Made by a program: the position numbers and the translations under genes. The notes under the pieces are model-generated. The model saw only the letters and a list, made by a program, of their open reading frames with translations, ran no database searches and was not told the origin of the DNA. Shown here in pieces: positions 31,803-38,053 of a stretch of 64,000 nt of DNA. Origin of the DNA: a virus (lineage: Duplodnaviria; Caudoviricetes); the IMG/VR virus record IMGVR_UViG_3300037470_000126, positions 1 through 64,000 of that record; one strand, 5' to 3'. Within the stretch, counting starts at the first letter, position 1. Every line of letters starts with the position of its first letter.

Positions 31803-31841
31803 AGAGAGGGAGTCTCGTGATGCTGTGAGACTCCCTCTCTC
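31803..31841 (-). terminator. Intrinsic terminator
   Basis: AGAGAGGGAGTCTC / GAGACTCCCTCTCT, a 14-bp stem. Confidence 0.75.
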
Positions 31842-31848
31842 TACTCAG

Positions 31849-32133
31849 TCACCCAAGATCGCCGGCGTTGTACGTAGGCTCTTCGCCGGTCTCGTGGACG
31901 TGAAGCTCTTCCGCGTATGCAGCTTCGAGCTTGTCAAGGATCATGCGAAAGATCACGAGTTCAGCGCCTCGCTTAGCCTTCGGGTCCTTGATGTCAGCAG
32001 TAACCTTCTCTGCCTCTCGCTCGATGAAGTTCTCCGCGATGCTTGCCGCACCTTCAGCGCCGATCACGTTGATCATGTGATCGAAAGCCTGTCGCGCTTC
32101 ATCCGTCGTGAGCCTGTTAATGCTCTCGCTCAT
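31849..32133 (-). CDS. Cassette protein, acidic helical hypothetical
   Basis: GAGGGA RBS; 94 aa. Confidence 0.75.
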   Translation of the reverse strand: MSESINRLTTDEARQAFDHMINVIGAEGAASIAENFIEREAEKVTADIKDPKAKRGAELVIFRMILDKLEAAYAEELHVHETGEEPTYNAGDLG

Positions 32134-32201
32134 GTGACTTCCCTCTGTTGAGTTAACAATCGCCTTGCTCTGTGAGCCGGTCTCGCTTGCTCACGAGAAG
32201 A

Positions 32202-32230
32202 ACACTAGCCGGCTACAGCCGGCTTGTCAA
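32202..32230 (-). promoter_or_regulatory. Array promoter (leftward member of a divergent pair)
   Basis: TTGACA-N17-TAGTGT. Confidence 0.9.
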
Positions 32231-32440
32231 CACGTTCACGAGAGAAGTTGAGAAAGCTCTGTGCGTACGTCTGAAGCTCTCTCGCGTCGCTCTCGTCTCT
32301 CAGCACGTACGCGCTCTGTGAAGCGCTCACAGACGCTCTCACACGCGCTCTCGCGTCGCTCTGCTGTCTCTGCTCTGTGTCGAGAACGCGCACGTCAGAG
32401 CACGTCTCAAAAGATCTTGAAACTTTTCCTCGCTACTTCC

Positions 32441-32469
32441 TTGCATCGTAGCGAGGAAGCGCGTAGTGT
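32441..32469 (+). promoter_or_regulatory. Array promoter (rightward member of a divergent pair)
   Basis: TTGCAT-N17-TAGTGT; AAAAGATCTTGAAA upstream. Confidence 0.8.
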
Positions 32470-32516
32470 CTTACTCAGCAGCACAGAACGACGCAAGACA
32501 CGCAAGACAGTACAAC

Positions 32517-32545
32517 TGATCTTTGACAACTCAACAGAGTGTGAA
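32517..32545 (+). promoter_or_regulatory. rrn-like boxA/boxC-like element
   Basis: TGATCTTTGACAACTCAACAGAGTGTGAA in the 5' leader; no -10 box follows the embedded TTGACA at 17-18 nt. Confidence 0.5.
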
Positions 32546-32581
32546 TCGCAAGAAACGACACACAACAACAGGAGTCAGACA

Positions 32582-32842
32582 ATGACGACTAAGCGTTTCT
32601 CTCACGCGAACTGTGCTCACGCTTCCTCGAAGGTAGCGCGTGCGAAGTGCCGGCGTGATCGTGCGAAGTTCGCTCAGATCCTCTCAGACGAGATCTTGAA
32701 CCACGAGATCGAGACTCAGGAGATCATCCCGAACCCGATCATGGATGAAGTGAGCGCCATGATCAACGGCCCGAAGATGCTGGAGATGGGCAAGAAGGGT
32801 CGGGACACGCTTCGCAAGCGTGCCGCGCGTGCCAAGAAGTAA
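32582..32842 (+). CDS. Cassette protein with HCHC module
   Basis: AGGAG RBS; MTTKRFSHANCAHASSKVARAKCR. Confidence 0.85.
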   Translation: MTTKRFSHANCAHASSKVARAKCRRDRAKFAQILSDEILNHEIETQEIIPNPIMDEVSAMINGPKMLEMGKKGRDTLRKRAARAKK

Positions 32843-32848
32843 CTAGTA

Positions 32849-32886
32849 GAGAAGCCCTGAGAGCTAACACAGTCTCAGGGCTTCTC
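32849..32886 (+). terminator. Bidirectional hairpin terminator
   Basis: GAGAAGCCCTGAGA / TCTCAGGGCTTCTC, a perfect 14-bp stem. Confidence 0.75.
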
Positions 32887-33042
32887 GGCGTTCTCTGACG
32901 CTCTCGCGTATGCGACTCGACACAGAGCACACGAGACGCGCGTTAGGCGATTACACGCGCTCTCAGGAGCTCTCACATACGTAAGAGAGCGAGAGACATA
33001 CACGCTCTGTCTCTCGCTCCCTATCACGCGCTCACGTCATTC

Positions 33043-33312
33043 TCAGACGTTGATACCCGGGATCCCGCTCCAGTGCTCGCTCTCGATGCCGACGGCACTC
33101 GGGTCTACTTGCCAGTAACCCTCGCAGCCGATCACCACGACCAGCTCACCCCGGGCAGCGTCGAACAGGATCCAGTGATCGGCAGCGCCGAAGTCTTCCC
33201 CGATCACTCCCTCGCACTCCGTGCACTTCGTGGTGGTCAGGATCTCGTTCGTCCCGCTCTTGAGCGCGTCATCCACCACGCTCAAGTAAATGAGTGTACG
33301 GGCGTCTCCCAT
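33043..33312 (-). CDS. Cassette protein, hypothetical with C-x2-C...H...C
   Basis: GAGGGAG RBS; own promoter. Confidence 0.75.
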   Translation of the reverse strand: MGDARTLIYLSVVDDALKSGTNEILTTTKCTECEGVIGEDFGAADHWILFDAARGELVVVIGCEGYWQVDPSAVGIESEHWSGIPGINV

Positions 33313-33350
33313 GTTCTCTCCCTCGTGTTCTGTACGGGCTTACAACGAGA

Positions 33351-33379
33351 ACACTACGCCCCGCGCTACACCATGTCAA
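33351..33379 (-). promoter_or_regulatory. Array promoter
   Basis: TTGACA-N17-TAGTGT. Confidence 0.9.
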
Positions 33380-33578
33380 GGACGCCGGCACAGCCACCAA
33401 AAAACCCCCGAGACACGGCCGATCTAGCGACTCTTGGTCTCAGGGGCTTCTGGCGTGGCTGTCTGGCATCTGGCTAAGGAGACGACAACTCCCCCACACT
33501 CACAACGGGCGCGGCTGTAGCACTAACTGCCCCAGGCATTACCACGCGACCTAACTAACGTGGCACCACTTACTTAAA

Positions 33579-33644
33579 GGCTCGGCGGGTTGGGCAAGGA
33601 CGCCCAGATAGCATGTGGAAGCGATCTCCCCTACCCACCGAACC
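33579..33644 (-). ncRNA. Candidate structured small RNA (long terminal stem)
   Basis: GGTTCGGTGGGT pairs with ACCCGCCGAGCC (with GU pairs); starts immediately 3' of the tRNA-Ile-like gene. Confidence 0.4.
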
Positions 33645-33647
33645 TAG

Positions 33648-33721
33648 TCCCGCCAACTGGACTTGAACCAGTGACCTCGGCTTTATCAGAGCCGCGCTCT
33701 TACCAACTGAGCTACGTAAGC
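33648..33721 (-). tRNA. tRNA-Ile(GAT)-like gene with a mismatched acceptor stem
   Basis: Intact D arm (GCTC/GAGC), anticodon arm CGGCT-CTGATAA-AGCCG and T arm ACTGG-TTCAAGT-CCAGT; the acceptor GCTTACG/TGGCGGG has three mismatches. Confidence 0.75.
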
Positions 33722-33725
33722 AGGT

Positions 33726-33807
33726 GTCGCCCCTAGGTCTCCATTTATTCCCCGGCTGGGGAGACTCCACGCAGTGCCGGGCCAGATGTTCCCGATGTCA
33801 GGGCGAC
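33726..33807 (-). ncRNA. Candidate structured small RNA between the two tRNAs
   Basis: GTCGCCCT/AGGGGCGAC closing stem, internal GTCTCC/GGAGAC helix and CCCC-AGCC-GGGG hairpin. Confidence 0.4.
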
Positions 33808-33822
33808 TGGGGAACCAACGCG

Positions 33823-33896
33823 TACCCACGGAGGGATTTGAACCCCCAACCTTTCGGACCTAAACCGAACGCCTCTCCCAATTGGGCTACGCGGGC
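33823..33896 (-). tRNA. tRNA-Leu(TAG) with a short variable loop
   Basis: Acceptor GCCCGCG/CGTGGGT, 3-bp D stem, TTCGG-TTTAGGT-CCGAA, T arm GGGGG-TTCAAAT-CCCTC, discriminator A73; CCA not encoded. Confidence 0.85.
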
Positions 33897-33909
33897 TTAA
33901 ACAATATCT

Positions 33910-33932
33910 CGCTATGGAGTTCTCAATGAACG
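33910..33932 (-). promoter_or_regulatory. rrn-like boxA antitermination element upstream of the tRNA cluster
   Basis: CGTTCATTGAGAACTCCATAGCG, close to the Streptomyces rrn leader CGTTCCTTGAGAACTCAACAGCG (reference recalled from memory). Confidence 0.65.
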
Positions 33933-34039
33933 GGGCTTCCTTAGCCCCCTCCCCACATGGACGATACGGGGAGGGGACCGGCAAGGAGCGTCAGGTTCGG
34001 ACTGACAAGAAGAACAGTACAGACCGTCACGAGAGTCTG

Positions 34040-34252
34040 TCAACCCTCTACTTTCTTAGTGCGGGTTACGGGCTGCCGCTTAGCCTTCCAGGACTTGAAC
34101 CCCTTGATCGCCGCGGCCTCGTCTCGGTCGCTGAACATGTACCGCTTGCCCGTGCCAGGGTTGTTCCACGAGGGCACCGCTCGCAAGAAGCGACGGAACT
34201 CCTTCGGGTCCAGGTCGTTGTCTCGGGCTACCTGCGCTCCACTCTTTGCCAT
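34040..34252 (-). CDS. Small basic putative DNA-binding protein
   Basis: DPKEFRRFLR...PGTGKRYMF; a similar domain occurs in 34317-35081 and 35688-36461. Confidence 0.75.
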   Translation of the reverse strand: MAKSGAQVARDNDLDPKEFRRFLRAVPSWNNPGTGKRYMFSDRDEAAAIKGFKSWKAKRQPVTRTKKVEG

Positions 34253-34273
34253 GACTCGCTCCCTCGGTTTACG

Positions 34274-34306
34274 AGGGGTGTGGAAGAGTCACGTCCCACA
34301 CCCCCC
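34274..34306 (-). terminator. Hairpin terminator
   Basis: AGGGGTGTGG / CCACACCCCCT stem. Confidence 0.6.
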
Positions 34307-34316
34307 TGATAGATGC

Positions 34317-35081
34317 TCAGTGCGTGGCGTTCCAGGCTGCCACGATCTTCTTTACGTCCTCTGCGGTGAAGACGTAAGAGCCTCCGGCGCTCTGCTGGAA
34401 GTTGCGACCTACGGCCCACTTACGAAGCCACGCACGGAAGTTCTTTGCCGGCACACCCATCGCGGCTGCGACCTCAGGCGCTGAGAACGTCTTAGGAGCG
34501 CTCTCGTCAGTCGATGCGAGAGTCTGTGCCGGCGCTGCCTGCGAGGCGCTTACAGGAGCGCTCACGCGCTTCTCGGGCATACTCACGACGACCGGAGCGA
34601 CTGTGTCAACGAACGTGATAGCCGCGGCGGCGATCCTCTCGTCTTTCGGCAGGTAAGAGAGGCCCTTCCAGCACGGCGGGCAGTAGTAGAAACGGCCACC
34701 CGTGGGAGCCTTCGGCTTGCGGTGCTTGGAGTAGCGCTTCCCGCACGAGTGCTCGGCGACCCAGCGGCCTTCGGGCATGTCAGCCTCAGTGCACGGCTTG
34801 GGATCCACCACGCCCAACTGGATCGCGACTGCCTGCCACTCGGGACCGTGCTTGGCTCCCGGCGTCAGGGCGTGGGCAATCTCGTGCCGGCACGTCTGCT
34901 CCACGTGCTCACGGTCGTGGCGGTCGACGTACGCGACGGACAGGAGGAGTTCCTTAGGGCCGTACTTGCACAGGCCCAGGGTCCTCATGCGATTCATCCA
35001 AGCGAACCGCCATCCCTGCTCCCACAGACCGTACTCCTTGATTAGGTGGGTCATCATCTGTGCGGCTTCTTCTCTATTCAT
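34317..35081 (-). CDS. SprT-like metalloprotease with a C-terminal putative DNA-binding domain
   Basis: RTLGLC; HEIAHAL...HGPEW (HExxH); CGKRY..CPPC; C-terminal APEVAAAMGVPAKNFRAWLR. Confidence 0.88.
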   Translation of the reverse strand: MNREEAAQMMTHLIKEYGLWEQGWRFAWMNRMRTLGLCKYGPKELLLSVAYVDRHDREHVEQTCRHEIAHALTPGAKHGPEWQAVAIQLGVVDPKPCTEADMPEGRWVAEHSCGKRYSKHRKPKAPTGGRFYYCPPCWKGLSYLPKDERIAAAAITFVDTVAPVVVSMPEKRVSAPVSASQAAPAQTLASTDESAPKTFSAPEVAAAMGVPAKNFRAWLRKWAVGRNFQQSAGGSYVFTAEDVKKIVAAWNATH

Positions 35082-35088
35082 GTCTCCG

Positions 35089-35118
35089 ACTCTATACCTC
35101 GTGGTGCCGCACTGTCAA
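35089..35118 (-). promoter_or_regulatory. Array promoter, leaderless
   Basis: TTGACA-N18-TAGAGT-N7-ATG. Confidence 0.75.
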
Positions 35119-35144
35119 CCCGCACGCATCAAGGAGTTTCCAGC

Positions 35145-35184
35145 GAAAAGCCCCGGGAGTGTGACGGCTCCCGGGGCCTCTCTA
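35145..35184 (-). terminator. Intrinsic terminator
   Basis: GCCCCGGGAG / CTCCCGGGGC stem with a TTTTC tail on the minus strand. Confidence 0.75.
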
Positions 35185-35193
35185 CTCCCGACA

Positions 35194-35529
35194 CTACGGC
35201 CGGCAGACCAACTTGCCGATCGGCTCGTGGCCCGTGGCGATGCGCACGTTCCGACGCGCGACCTGGGCGAGAGCGGCCAGCGTCTCCGTCTCGGAGAACC
35301 ACTGGTTCTTGAAGACCAGCCACTCGGCCGGCGGACGGTGGGGGTTGTCGGCGCTCCACGCCTCGTCGGGCGTGTTGATCGCGGCCCACTGGTCGGGGGT
35401 GCAGTCCTCGCCGCTCAGGTGCTCAGCCATGCGACGCTCCGCCTGGTCACGGAGCCACCAGAGCATCTCCAGGTTGCCGGACTTACGCCCGAAGGCCTTG
35501 GTCACGCGGACGGTCTCGACAATCTCCAC
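35194..35529 (-). CDS. Cassette protein, Trp-rich hypothetical
   Basis: GAGGAG RBS then GTG at 35529. Confidence 0.75.
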   Translation of the reverse strand: MEIVETVRVTKAFGRKSGNLEMLWWLRDQAERRMAEHLSGEDCTPDQWAAINTPDEAWSADNPHRPPAEWLVFKNQWFSETETLAALAQVARRNVRIATGHEPIGKLVCRP

Positions 35530-35567
35530 GGCATCTCCTCGTGTCGTCGGTCTTACTGACAGGGCTA

Positions 35568-35597
35568 ACGTTACTCTTCCACACCTACCCGTGTCAA
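35568..35597 (-). promoter_or_regulatory. Array promoter
   Basis: TTGACA-N18-TAACGT. Confidence 0.8.
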
Positions 35598-35687
35598 CAC
35601 GTCTCGGGAAGTTTCTCAAGCCGCCAAAGAACCCCTGCACCATCGGTACAGGGGCTCCCTGGGAGGGGTTCACGCCGGCGGCATGAA

Positions 35688-36461
35688 TTACTCGTCGTCG
35701 TCCGAGTCATCCTCGGCGACGTCCGTGGCCTTCTTGCGCGCCGGGGCCTTGCGACGGCTCGTGGTCGTCTTGCGCGCGGCCGGCTTACGAGCGGGCTTCT
35801 TCGGGGCCGGGGCCTCCTCGACCTCGGCCTCCTCCAGCTCCTCGTCGTCCGCGTCGTCCGCGTCATCCTCGTCGGCGGACTCCGACTCGGCCTCCGCAGC
35901 CAGGCGCTCCTTCTCGGCCTTCTTCGCCGCGCGCTTGGCCTCCGCGGTCTCCTTGAGCTTGTCCAGGGCCAGCTTCTGGGCCTCGTCGATCTCGCCGGCC
36001 TTGACCCGCTTGATGATGGCGACCACCTTCGGGTCGTCCACGCCGGTGAAGGAGTAGCGCTTGCCGTCCGCAGCCTCGCCCGGCAGCTCGCCGGCGGCCT
36101 TCATCTTGCGGAGCAGGACACGCAGGCCGCGGCCGTCGTAGCGCTTGCCGGTCTCCTTCTCGATGTGGTCCAGGAGCTCGGCGGTGCCGAACGCCACGTC
36201 ATTGGCCTTCTTCGCCGGCTTCTTGGCAGCGGCCTTCTTGGCGCCGCGCTTGCCCTTGGCCTTCGGGGCCTCGTCCTCTTCCACCTCGTCCTCGTCGGCG
36301 TCCTCGACCTCGTCCAGCTCCAGGTCGTCCAGGTCGTCGCCGGTGCCGGCGATCTCGTTGTCGTCGTCCTCGACCTCGACGCCGTCCTCATCCTCTTCCA
36401 GCTCGAACTCCTCGACCTCTTCCTCAGCGGCCTTGGACTTCGCTCGGGTGCGAGTTGCCAT
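35688..36461 (-). CDS. Acidic/basic low-complexity protein with a central folded domain (nucleoid-associated or DNA-mimic candidate)
   Basis: D/E tracts, AKK/KPARK repeats, core YDGRGLRVLLRKM...GKRYSF. Confidence 0.85.
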   Translation of the reverse strand: MATRTRAKSKAAEEEVEEFELEEDEDGVEVEDDDNEIAGTGDDLDDLELDEVEDADEDEVEEDEAPKAKGKRGAKKAAAKKPAKKANDVAFGTAELLDHIEKETGKRYDGRGLRVLLRKMKAAGELPGEAADGKRYSFTGVDDPKVVAIIKRVKAGEIDEAQKLALDKLKETAEAKRAAKKAEKERLAAEAESESADEDDADDADDEELEEAEVEEAPAPKKPARKPAARKTTTSRRKAPARKKATDVAEDDSDDDE

Positions 36462-36537
36462 GGTGTGTTCCCCTCTCACGGGTAATACGTAGTTGGATGT
36501 TCGAGTCGTGGTGACCTCGTTTGTTGCGACGGAGACA

Positions 36538-36566
36538 ACATTACTTCCTCTCGGCCGATGTGTCAA
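36538..36566 (-). promoter_or_regulatory. Array promoter
   Basis: TTGACA-N17-TAATGT. Confidence 0.9.
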
Positions 36567-37088
36567 ACCCTTCATTCCCACTCCCGCCGTGGACTGTTCG
36601 TGTCGTCCTACTCGCGTGCGCGCGTTCGTTATATGCCCGTACGCGCCTGTGATGATCTTGTTTCCCAGCTCTAAATGTGGGTGTGATCTGAGTCACGTTT
36701 TGATGATCAACTCCTGTCGTTCTCCACCTGGATGCTCCAGTCTCGCACTTGACAGAGACGTTATGCTGTACTTCGTATCGCCTCGCGACGAAGCGGCTCC
36801 GCCGCCGACGAGAGCGCGACGCCCGCAGGGCGCAGCATAACGATCCTCTGCAAGGCGACTTACCGATCATGAAACCTGCTGATCAGGACGTTACGCTCAC
36901 AGACAGTGACGAGATCGTATCGTTCTCAAGATCAGAACACTTCAGAACACAAGCGAAAAACAAGCGCTTGACGTGCAGGAACATTGGTTCTGTCCCCAAA
37001 TGTCTGAATTACTCTCGGTGATCTAGCGCTCTTCCCTTCACAGACTGTTACTGTGGGCCGACGTCTGATATACTCGTGCCGATAGGCC

Positions 37089-37484
37089 GTGACAACGAGT
37101 GAGGACCACATGGAACAGAAACCGCCGGGGAGGCTCGTTCTCCTGTACTTCGGGGACGAGGACAGGGCCCAAGAGTTCTTCACGAACAACCCGGACGCCC
37201 GCGTCGTCGGGATGTATGAAGACCCGAAAGGCAAGGAGTGCCGTTGCCGCTCCCAGAAGACCGCTAGGAACAAGGACTTTGGTTGGGGCCCCCAACATGA
37301 GTTCTGGGGCTGGCAGCGTCACTCCATGTGCAGCCGCGCCGGCGTCTGGTGGCGTCGGAACTACGGCCGCCGTCTGTTTCTCGCCCTCGGCGTGAACTTG
37401 CTGGGCGAGAAGGCACCCAAGATCTTCCAGTCCCCACAGGGCTGGGGCCACCCCAATTACGAGCCGAAAGACGGGGAAATCTGA
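37089..37484 (+). CDS. Hypothetical protein
   Basis: First rightward gene; start either GTG 37089 or ATG 37110; CRC and H..C motifs. Confidence 0.7.
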   Translation: MTTSEDHMEQKPPGRLVLLYFGDEDRAQEFFTNNPDARVVGMYEDPKGKECRCRSQKTARNKDFGWGPQHEFWGWQRHSMCSRAGVWWRRNYGRRLFLALGVNLLGEKAPKIFQSPQGWGHPNYEPKDGEI

Positions 37485-38053
37485 TGGCTGACGGCACTTA
37501 CATCCTGTTTGAGGGTATCGGTACTCTCACGGTGAACGAGAAGCCCCAGAACCATCCCGACTTCTCCAAGGTCGAACTTCACGAGGTCACGGACTATGAT
37601 GTCTGTGTCAAGGTCTGGGCCGAGACTCTGGGCAACTTCATCCGCTGGTATGGCACCATCGAGGCCCTGGGAGAGCTGCCCAAGAACCTCTCAGGCGACT
37701 ACACACTCCGGCTGTCAGACGACAGGGTGGGTGTGGTACGTGTGCTCGGCCCGTTCATGGATGACCGATACCAGTTCCAAGGCCAAGATCTCCCGCCGGG
37801 CTTCCTCAACTTCGTGGAGCCCACGGACTTGGTCAGCGTGGAACTCACATCTTCCACACCAACCTGGCGTGTTTGGTTGTCCCGCGCATTCGGTCTCGTG
37901 TCCATCGTGTCGATATTCGCGGCCGTCTGGGTGGACAGCTATCGGGGAGAGCTGGTCTATACCGGCTGTATCTCCATGCTCCTGGCCCTCGGCTTCACGC
38001 CGACTCGCCCTAAGTCCCTGCCGGAGGTGCCCCTTGACTGCCCACACCAGTGA
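37484..38053 (+). CDS. Hypothetical protein with two C-terminal TM segments
   Basis: TGATG coupling; AFGLVSIVSIFAAVWV and LVYTGCISMLLALGF. Confidence 0.7.
   Translation: MADGTYILFEGIGTLTVNEKPQNHPDFSKVELHEVTDYDVCVKVWAETLGNFIRWYGTIEALGELPKNLSGDYTLRLSDDRVGVVRVLGPFMDDRYQFQGQDLPPGFLNFVEPTDLVSVELTSSTPTWRVWLSRAFGLVSIVSIFAAVWVDSYRGELVYTGCISMLLALGFTPTRPKSLPEVPLDCPHQ

Noticed and set aside
32523-32528. TTGACA as the -35 of a second rightward promoter
   Set aside because: No TANNNT at 16-19 nt downstream; a boxA-like reading fits better.
33648-33721. attP derived from a host tRNA-Ile
   Set aside because: No integrase or excisionase in the window, and the damaged part is the acceptor stem that an attP would need to restore; it cannot be fully excluded without the rest of the genome.
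33726-33807. Twister or hammerhead ribozyme
   Set aside because: It has superficial P1/P2-like pairing, but I could not place the UAA cleavage loop or the pseudoknot pairings, and there is no CUGANGA/GAAA core.
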